From the NCBI GenBank assembly GCA_029051525.1, contig JAIDKG010000136.1, positions 3,569 to 67,568 on the forward strand: 64,000 nucleotides of DNA, given 5' to 3'. A program made the translations under genes and the position numbers. Positions 56,746 to 64,000 of the stretch are shown piece after piece. The notes beneath the pieces were generated by a model. That model did no database searches, was not told where the DNA came from, and saw only the letters and a list, made by a program, of their open reading frames with translations. This DNA is from Muribaculaceae bacterium (GTDB lineage Bacteria; Bacteroidota; Bacteroidia; Bacteroidales; Muribaculaceae). The number at the start of each line of letters is the position of its first letter. Position 1 is the stretch's first letter.

Positions 56746-59571
56746 ATGACGAAAAGAGTCTTTTCAGTTCTCCTGATGGTCATGGCCATCATAATGGGTT
56801 CAGCCTCAGTGCGAGCCCAGGAGATGCCGCAGCTCACTCCGCTGCCCGAAATGCCGGGTCTGCGCACGGGGAAGCTGCCTAACGGCTTGACTTACTATGT
56901 GCTTCACAATGCGAAGCCCGAGGGTCGCGCCAATTTCTACATTGCGCAGAAGGTGGGTTCCACCCTTGAGACTCAGGAACAGCTCGGTCTGGCACACTTC
57001 CTTGAGCACATGGCATTTAATGGCACTAAGAATTATCCCGGCAAGAACCTTCTCAACTATCTTCAGAGCAAGGGCTTGCGTTTCGGTGACGACATCAATG
57101 CCTATACAGCTTTTGACGAGACGGTCTACCACATCGACAATGTCCAGACATCCGACCAGGCTCTGATGGACAGCGTGCTTCTCGCCCTGCGCGACTGGAG
57201 CTGCGACATCCTTCTTCTGGATACCGAGATCGAGGCCGAGCGCGGTGTGATTCAGGAGGAGTGGCGTTCGCGCAACTCAGCCACCGACAGAATGTCTAAG
57301 GCGATGTTACCGGCAATCTACGAGGAGTATCAGTATCAGCAGTCGCCCATCGGCACAATGGATGTGGTGATGAACTTCAAGCCTGATGTGCTTCGCGCAT
57401 ATTATCACAAGTGGTATCGTCCGGACCTTCAGGGTATCGTGGTGGTAGGTGATTTCGATGCCGCCAAGATGGAGCAGAAGATAATCGAGATGTTCTCTTC
57501 GATTCCGATGCCTCCGAATGCCGCCGAGCGCACATATGCTGAAGTCAGCGACAATAAGGAGCCGCTCTACTTCGAGTTTGAGGATCCCGAGCTGAATACT
57601 CCGATGATTAGGACTGTTTTCAAGACCGACCGTGTGCCTTTCGAGTATCGCAATACGTATGAGATGTATGTCAACCATGATCTTCTTCAGCTTGTGCTTA
57701 CGAAGCTACTCAACAACCGTCTTGAGGAATACTCCAATGAGCCCTCGTGCCAGTATATAGCGGCAGGCTGCTATTTCAGTGATTTCTTTGTGGCCAAGAC
57801 TAAGGAGGCATTCTTCTGCAATGTCATTCCCAAGGCCGACCCGATTGTGGCCTATAAGGATATGATGGGAGTTGTAGCGCGTGCCTGCAAGACCGGCTTT
57901 ACAAGCTCCGAGCTGGAGCGCGTCAACAGCGAGATAATCGCCGATCTGGAGCGTGCCTACAATGAGCGTGAAAAGACATTCACCGAGGTTCGTGCGGAAG
58001 AGATTATCCGCCATTTCGTGGAGAATGTGGCCGCTCCCGGCGCCGAAGCTGAGTATCAGATTGCCATGTCAATTCTTCCGCAGATTCCCGTGGAGCAGGT
58101 CAACATGGTGGCCTCGATGCTTCTCACACCGGAGAATCAGGTAATATTAGTGCAGCAGCCGAAGAAAGAGGGTTCGGTTCTTCCCGGCAAGAATGCCATG
58201 GTGGCCGCCCTCAATGAGGTGATGAATGCCACATATGAGGCATATGTCGACGAGGCTATCACAGAGCCCTTCCTTAAAGCCGAACCCGTGGCCGGCAAGA
58301 TTGTCAGCGAGAAGAGCGGTGATTTCGACACCACAGAATTCACACTCTCCAATGGTGTGAAGGTAATCCTGAAATCCACCGACTATGCAGCCGATCAGAT
58401 TCTGATTCAGGCATGGCGTGAGGGTGGCAAGTTGTACTATACAGATGCCGATGCCGCCAATATCCAGTTGATTGGCGATGCGTTTGACGCCAGCTGTCTT
58501 GGCAACTACAATGTCAAGATGCTCAAGAGATTCCTCTCCGGTAAGAATGTGGGTCTCACCCTCAGTATGGGTCAGCGCAACTTCACATATATGGGCAACT
58601 CATCGGTGAAGGATTTCCCGACTCTGATGGAAGTTTTCTATGCTGCCATGACTGATGTAAATGCCGATGAGCAGCAGTATGATGTGATGGCCAAGAATGC
58701 TATCACTCATCTTAAGCTTGCCGAGGCCAATCCCGACTACATATTCCAGCAGCAGTGGTACAAGTCAATGTATGGCGGCAATGCCATGATGATGCCCCCC
58801 ACAGCCGCTGATGTAGAGAAGGCCGATTATGCCGCTATGCTCGGCATGATAAAGAATGCCACAGCCAATGCAGCCGACTTCACGATAGCAATCGTGGGTA
58901 ATGTAGATGCAGCCACTCTGCGTCCGCTTCTTGAGAAATATGTGGCTTCGCTCCCCTCTACCGGCAAGAAGACACAGCTTAAGGAGGTCAACAAGATTGC
59001 ACTCCCTTCAGGAACAGTCGACAATGTATTCCAGCTCCCCATGCAGGTGCCCGTGGTCAAGGTGCTCGGTATCTTCTCCGGCGAAGGCCTTGAAAATACA
59101 ATAGCCAATCAGTCGCAGGTAGGTCTGCTTGGCGATGTGCTCGGCAATATCTACACCAATACTCTCCGTGAGGAGGAGGGTGGCACATATTCCCCCAGCG
59201 CATTCGGCCAGTATCTGTGGAACAGCCGCCAGTGGATGCTCCTTTACCTCTTCATCACCAACGATGAGATGAGCGACCGTCTGCAGAAACGTGCCTACGA
59301 CGAGGCTATTGAGCTTCTCAAGAACGGTACGGATGCTGATATGTTCAACAAGGTGAGAGGTGCCGCCATCAACCAGCATGAGATTGAAATGCGCAACAAC
59401 GGCTTCTGGATTACCAACATCCAGAACAAGGAGATGGGTCTGCCCGTCACAGTAGATGAGGGCGACTTCCTCCGCGGTCTGACTCTTGAGCAGTTCAACG
59501 CCTTCGTGAAGGGCCTTAAGCCTGCCGACAACTACATCAAGGTGGTTATGGACGGTGTGCCCGTAGAGTAA
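56746..59571 (+). CDS. M16 family zinc peptidase (PqqL-like)
   Basis: Signal peptide, LPNGLTYY, GLAHFLEH (HxxEH), NAYT, ERGVI. Confidence 0.93.
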   Translation: MTKRVFSVLLMVMAIIMGSASVRAQEMPQLTPLPEMPGLRTGKLPNGLTYYVLHNAKPEGRANFYIAQKVGSTLETQEQLGLAHFLEHMAFNGTKNYPGKNLLNYLQSKGLRFGDDINAYTAFDETVYHIDNVQTSDQALMDSVLLALRDWSCDILLLDTEIEAERGVIQEEWRSRNSATDRMSKAMLPAIYEEYQYQQSPIGTMDVVMNFKPDVLRAYYHKWYRPDLQGIVVVGDFDAAKMEQKIIEMFSSIPMPPNAAERTYAEVSDNKEPLYFEFEDPELNTPMIRTVFKTDRVPFEYRNTYEMYVNHDLLQLVLTKLLNNRLEEYSNEPSCQYIAAGCYFSDFFVAKTKEAFFCNVIPKADPIVAYKDMMGVVARACKTGFTSSELERVNSEIIADLERAYNEREKTFTEVRAEEIIRHFVENVAAPGAEAEYQIAMSILPQIPVEQVNMVASMLLTPENQVILVQQPKKEGSVLPGKNAMVAALNEVMNATYEAYVDEAITEPFLKAEPVAGKIVSEKSGDFDTTEFTLSNGVKVILKSTDYAADQILIQAWREGGKLYYTDADAANIQLIGDAFDASCLGNYNVKMLKRFLSGKNVGLTLSMGQRNFTYMGNSSVKDFPTLMEVFYAAMTDVNADEQQYDVMAKNAITHLKLAEANPDYIFQQQWYKSMYGGNAMMMPPTAADVEKADYAAMLGMIKNATANAADFTIAIVGNVDAATLRPLLEKYVASLPSTGKKTQLKEVNKIALPSGTVDNVFQLPMQVPVVKVLGIFSGEGLENTIANQSQVGLLGDVLGNIYTNTLREEEGGTYSPSAFGQYLWNSRQWMLLYLFITNDEMSDRLQKRAYDEAIELLKNGTDADMFNKVRGAAINQHEIEMRNNGFWITNIQNKEMGLPVTVDEGDFLRGLTLEQFNAFVKGLKPADNYIKVVMDGVPVE

Positions 59572-59690
59572 TCCATCCGATGAACGCATCAATAACGAAT
59601 ATCCGTAATATATACAGATAGGACTGAGAAACGGACCTTCAGTGTTGCCTCCTCAACTCTGGAGGTCCGTGACTTCTAATACCTGAATTT

Positions 59691-61859
59691 ATGAAAAAAC
59701 AGATTATCCGCGGCCTTGCCGCATTATCTATCATGACATTCGCTTCAGTATCGCAGGGATTTGCCGAATACACCGGCAGCAATCCGCTGCTTCAGACCGA
59801 ACTCCTCCCTTATGGTGCGATACCCTTCGACCGTCTCACTCCCGAGCTTTACGAGCAGGCAGTGAAGGAGGCTATCGCGCTCCAGAATCAGAATATCGCC
59901 GCCATCGTCAACCAGCGCAGTGTGCCCACCTTCGAGAATACGATTGTGGCGCTCGACCGCTCAGGCGATGAGCTTTCACGCGCCATGCTCGCGCTCAGCA
60001 ATGTGGAGCATGCCGTGGGCGATCCTGCCATGATGCAGGTGATGACCAATGTGACTCCGCTTCTTTCCGAGCATGAGGCATCAGTGCTGCTCAATGATGG
60101 ACTCTGGCAGCGCATCCGTCAGGTATATGAGCACCGCGCCGAACTCGAATCGCAGCTCACACCCGAGGATCTGCGTCTGCTCGACGAGACCTACAAGAGC
60201 TTCGCTCTCAACGGAGCCGCTCTCGAAGGGACTGACCGTGAGAAATACCGTCGGCTGAAGTCGGAGCTTTCCGACCTCAACGTGAAATTCTCACAGAATG
60301 TCACCAACGGCATGGCCGATCCCGAGCGCCGTCTCTGGGTGACGGCCGACAAGCTTGAGGGTGTCCCCGAAGGAATCATGCAGGCTGCCCGCCAGGAGGC
60401 TAAAGCCGCTCTTGAAGCCGAAGGGAAAGCCGACGATGAGTCGCTTTATCTCTTCACTGTCTATGCTCCGTCTTACGGTCCGTTCCTCAAATATGTAAAA
60501 GACCGCGACCTGCGCGAGAAGATGTATCATCTTTATTCCACCCGCAACACCTCGGGTGACTACAACAACATCCCGGTGCTCATCGACATCGCCAATGTGC
60601 GCCGTGAGATTGCCAACCTCATGGGCAAGGATAACTTCGCGCAGTATCAGCTTCAGCACACAATGGCCGAGACTCCTGAGAATGTCTACGCCATGCTCCA
60701 CGAGCTCCGCGATGCATACACCGAGCCTATGAAAGCCGAGGTGGCCGAGATTCAGGAGTTCGCACGCCAGACAGAGGGCCCCGACTTCGTGCTCCGTCCC
60801 TGGGATTATTCCTATTGGAGCGATAAATTGAAATCGGCCAGATACTCATTCAACGATGAGGATATGAAGCCCTATTTCGAGATCAACAACACCATCAAGG
60901 GTGTGTTCGGTCTGGCCACAAAGCTCTATGGATATACATTCAAAGAGAACAAGAACATCCCCGGCTATCACCCCGACGTGAAGGTCTATGATGTCTATGG
61001 TCCTGACAAGAAGCTTCTGGGCATTCTCTACACCGACTTCTTCTACCGTTCCGGCAAAGCTCCCGGTGCATGGATGACCGAATATCAGACAGAGGTAAAG
61101 GATGACGAAGGGAACCGCACAATTCCGCTCATCTCGATAGTGTGCAACTTCTCCAAGCCCGTAGGCGACCAGGCGGTGCTTCTCACCCCCTATGAGGTGG
61201 AGACATTCCTCCATGAGTTTGGCCATGCTCTCCACGGGCTTTCCGCTCAGGCCAAATATGCATCGCTCTCCGGCACCAACGTATATCATGACTTCGTAGA
61301 GCTCTTCTCGCAGTTTAACGAGAACTATCTCACCGAGCAGGAATATCTCGACGGTTTCGCCCGCCACTACAAGACCGGCAAGAAGATGCCCAAAGAGTTG
61401 CTTGACCGCTTCATCAAATCCTCACAGTTCGGCGCCGCCTACAACTGCATGCGTCAGCTCAACTTCGGCTTCCTCGACATGGCCTACCATACAGCCGACA
61501 AGCCCTTCCGCGCCGGCGACGACATTGAGGCATTCGAGGTGGCAGCCATCGCACCTGTGCAGATTTTCGAACCCGAACCCGGCTGCATCATTTCTCCCGC
61601 CTTCGGTCATATCTTCTCCGGCGGCTACGCTGCCGGCTACTACGGCTATAAATGGAGCGAGGAGCTTGATGCCGATGCGTTTGCCGCATTCAAAGAGGCC
61701 GGCAACATCTTCGACAAGAAGACAGCGGCCCGCTTCCGCAAGATGCTCGAATCCGGCGGCACCGTCGATCCGATGACACTCTACCTTGAGTTCCGTGGCA
61801 AGAAGCCCACAGTCGATGCTCTTCTTAAGCGCGACGGAATCACCCCCGCCTCGAAGTAA
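59691..61859 (+). CDS. dcp: M3 family peptidyl-dipeptidase (Dcp-like)
   Basis: Signal peptide, GAWM, HEFGHALH, DFVE, HIFSGGYAAGYYGYKW. Confidence 0.92.
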   Translation: MKKQIIRGLAALSIMTFASVSQGFAEYTGSNPLLQTELLPYGAIPFDRLTPELYEQAVKEAIALQNQNIAAIVNQRSVPTFENTIVALDRSGDELSRAMLALSNVEHAVGDPAMMQVMTNVTPLLSEHEASVLLNDGLWQRIRQVYEHRAELESQLTPEDLRLLDETYKSFALNGAALEGTDREKYRRLKSELSDLNVKFSQNVTNGMADPERRLWVTADKLEGVPEGIMQAARQEAKAALEAEGKADDESLYLFTVYAPSYGPFLKYVKDRDLREKMYHLYSTRNTSGDYNNIPVLIDIANVRREIANLMGKDNFAQYQLQHTMAETPENVYAMLHELRDAYTEPMKAEVAEIQEFARQTEGPDFVLRPWDYSYWSDKLKSARYSFNDEDMKPYFEINNTIKGVFGLATKLYGYTFKENKNIPGYHPDVKVYDVYGPDKKLLGILYTDFFYRSGKAPGAWMTEYQTEVKDDEGNRTIPLISIVCNFSKPVGDQAVLLTPYEVETFLHEFGHALHGLSAQAKYASLSGTNVYHDFVELFSQFNENYLTEQEYLDGFARHYKTGKKMPKELLDRFIKSSQFGAAYNCMRQLNFGFLDMAYHTADKPFRAGDDIEAFEVAAIAPVQIFEPEPGCIISPAFGHIFSGGYAAGYYGYKWSEELDADAFAAFKEAGNIFDKKTAARFRKMLESGGTVDPMTLYLEFRGKKPTVDALLKRDGITPASK

Positions 61860-61896
61860 GAGCGCGCTCTTAGACCCGCTCTAATCCCCGAATACC

Positions 61897-61939
61897 GTTG
61901 CCCCGCCATCAGCCATTGCAAGCTTGATGACGGGGCAAC
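61897..61939 (+). terminator. Terminator after the M3 peptidase
   Basis: GTTGCCCCGCCATCA / TGATGACGGGGCAAC followed by TTCTTATTTT. Confidence 0.8.
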
Positions 61940-62146
61940 TTCTTATTTTGCAAACAGTTCCGGCAACTATGGTGATGTAGGATTCGATAGAATAGAGATG
62001 GTGGAATTGAGAGGAGCGAGGAGGTGTGATGGTTGGGGGTAAAATCGGTATGGAGATAAACTGGATTATGTTTTTTGTAAGGGCTATTGTATGTAAGGAA
62101 AAATTGCTAAATTTGCGAGCAAATCTACATATCTAAAAAACACCTT

Positions 62147-62428
62147 ATGCAACTAAAAGAATCGTTTGCCGGTACGCTTGAATCAGGCGACATTCATGTA
62201 AGGCTTCAACCCAGTGAGGAGCCGGGCCTGAAAATCAATCTCGACAGCACTGTGGCTTATCAGTTTGGCGCGCAGATCAAGAGTGTCATCACCGAGACAC
62301 TGGAGGGTCTGGGCATTGATTCGGCTGTGGTCAATGTGATCGACAAAGGTGCGCTTGACTGCACTATACGTGCCCGCGTCACAGCCGCCGCCGTGCGTGC
62401 CACCGGCAAGGATGTATGGGCCGACTGA
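62147..62428 (+). CDS. citD: Citrate lyase acyl carrier protein (gamma chain)
   Basis: AGTLESGD (prosthetic-group Ser), DKGALDC.IRAR; TAAATTTG promoter at 62108-62115. Confidence 0.95.
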   Translation: MQLKESFAGTLESGDIHVRLQPSEEPGLKINLDSTVAYQFGAQIKSVITETLEGLGIDSAVVNVIDKGALDCTIRARVTAAAVRATGKDVWAD

Positions 62429-62484
62429 GAGTGACTCAGATTAAGCCATAACCATCACCACAACTACATTACAACCTTTACACC

Positions 62485-63375
62485 ATGGAAAGACTCAGAC
62501 GAACGATGATGTTCGTGCCGGGCAACAACCCCGGAATGATGGCCGACGCCCATATCTACGGACCCGACTCCATCATGCTTGACCTTGAAGATTCTGTGAC
62601 CATGGCCGAGAAAGATACTGCCCGGCTTCTGGTTTACAACGCTCTTAAGAGTATAGATTATGGCGACACCGAAATGGTGGTGCGCATCAATCCCCTCAAC
62701 ACCCCCTATGGAAAGAAAGACATCGAGGCCGTAGTAAAGGCCGGTGTCGACGTGATTCGTATGCCAAAGACCGAGACAGCCGAGGAGGTTGTCGAGGTGG
62801 AGCGCGAGATAGAGCGTGTGGAGCGTGAAATCGGCTGTCTTGGCCGCACCAAGATTATGGCCGCCATCGAGAGCGCACTCGGCATCTGCAATGCTTATGC
62901 CATCGCCACAGCCTCGCCGCGCATGATGGGCATAGCCCTCGGCGCCGAGGACTATTGTGCCAACCTCAAGACACAGCGCACCCCCGACGGCGACGAACTG
63001 CGTCTGGCCCGCGAGACAATCGTGGTAGCCGCCCGCGCCGCCGGCATCGATGCCCTCGACACCGTCTATTCCAACCTCAACGATATGGAGACATTCCGCA
63101 AGGAGGTGGAATTCATCCATCGTCTCGGCTTCGACGGAAAATCAATCATCAACCCCCGTCAGATCGAGGTGGTCAACGAAGTATTCGCTCCCACCGAGAA
63201 AGCCATCGAGAAAGCCCGCACCATCCTGGCCGCCATCCGTGAGGCCGAGAAGAAGGGTTCGGGCGTGATTGCCGTCAACGGCAAGATGGTGGACCGTCCC
63301 GTTGTGATCCGCGCCCAGCGCACAATTGATCTTGCAATCGCATCAGGAATTTTAAAAGAGGAGGAAGTGAAATGA
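62485..63375 (+). CDS. citE: Citrate lyase beta chain (citryl-ACP lyase)
   Basis: LRRTMMFVPG, DLEDS, VRIN, LGFDGK..INPRQI, GKMVD. Confidence 0.95.
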   Translation: MERLRRTMMFVPGNNPGMMADAHIYGPDSIMLDLEDSVTMAEKDTARLLVYNALKSIDYGDTEMVVRINPLNTPYGKKDIEAVVKAGVDVIRMPKTETAEEVVEVEREIERVEREIGCLGRTKIMAAIESALGICNAYAIATASPRMMGIALGAEDYCANLKTQRTPDGDELRLARETIVVAARAAGIDALDTVYSNLNDMETFRKEVEFIHRLGFDGKSIINPRQIEVVNEVFAPTEKAIEKARTILAAIREAEKKGSGVIAVNGKMVDRPVVIRAQRTIDLAIASGILKEEEVK

Positions 63376-64000
63376 GCACACTGAGCCAGCGTGCCGCCCT
63401 CGTGGAGAAGGCGGCTGAAAAACTCGGCAAGGCCGTGAGCCATCCCGAGAATAATGTAAAGAATCCCACACCCCGCATCGAGTTTCAGAAAGAGTCGCCC
63501 AAACTGGTGAGCCTTGAAGAGGCAATCCGCCGCTCCGGACTGAAAGACGGGATGACAATCTCATTCCATCACCACTTCCGCGGAGGCGACAAGGTGGTCA
63601 ACCTCGTGGTGGCCAAGCTTGCCGAGATGGGATTCAAGAATCTTCATCTTGCAGCATCGAGCCTCAGCGATGTCCATGCCCCCCTTATCGAGCATATCGA
63701 GAATGGTGTGATTACACGCATTTCGACTTCCGGCCTGCGCGGCCAATTGGCCGACCGCATCTCACGCGGCCTGATGGAGGAACCCGTGATATTCCGCAGC
63801 CACGGCGGTCGCGGCAGTGCAATCGCCACCGGCGACCTGCATATCGATGTGGCCTTCCTCGGCGCATCCTCGGCCGATCCTCTGGGCAACGCCTGCGGCT
63901 ATTCCCGCTCCGAGAATGCCAAATCAATCTGCGGCTCACTCGGCTACGCCCTTCCCGACGCGCAATATGCCGACAAGGTGGTGATCCTCACCGACGACCT
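63372..64000 (+). CDS. citF: Citrate lyase alpha chain (citrate CoA-transferase), truncated by the window edge
   Basis: Hand translation from ATG 63372, which overlaps the citE stop: ...SLEEAIRRSGLKDGMTISFHHHFRGGD...RSHGGR...CGSLGYA. Confidence 0.93.
   Translation, partial: MSTLSQRAALVEKAAEKLGKAVSHPENNVKNPTPRIEFQKESPKLVSLEEAIRRSGLKDGMTISFHHHFRGGDKVVNLVVAKLAEMGFKNLHLAASSLSDVHAPLIEHIENGVITRISTSGLRGQLADRISRGLMEEPVIFRSHGGRGSAIATGDLHIDVAFLGASSADPLGNACGYSRSENAKSICGSLGYALPDAQYADKVVILTDD

Overview
A 64 kb chromosomal window from a GC-rich Bacteroidales bacterium. TAnnTTTG promoters, T9SS cargo and gene order suggest Muribaculaceae, but that assignment is an inference. The backbone is housekeeping: ClC, sugar transferase, tsaC, nadE, rpmB-rpmG-DUF4295, tsaD-cinA-tamB, prs, ftsY-rimO, nrdD-maeB-nrdG, dxs-trkA-trkH, LDT-ftsK-lolA-trxB, and citDEF at the right edge. 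Three accessory loci stand out. (1) An AT-rich RiPP cassette (51.6-56.4 kb) with a double-glycine, Cys/Asn-patterned 84-aa precursor, a perfect 42-bp palindrome, a radical SAM/SPASM maturase, a secreted protein and an outer-membrane beta-barrel, followed by M16 and M3 peptidases. This is my best candidate for an undescribed system. (2) A T9SS-cargo cassette (21-26 kb) with an S74 tail-fibre-chaperone/CTD protein, a gingipain-like C25 protease without an evident CTD, and a BspA LRR protein. (3) An orphan phage-tail-like gene with its own host-type promoter. Other observations are maeB inserted between nrdD and nrdG and coupled to nrdG, two satellite arrays flanking rpmB-rpmG-DUF4295, and recurring 5'-leader hairpins. 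No tRNA, rRNA, CRISPR array or transposase was seen. All calls come from reading motifs; no searches were run.
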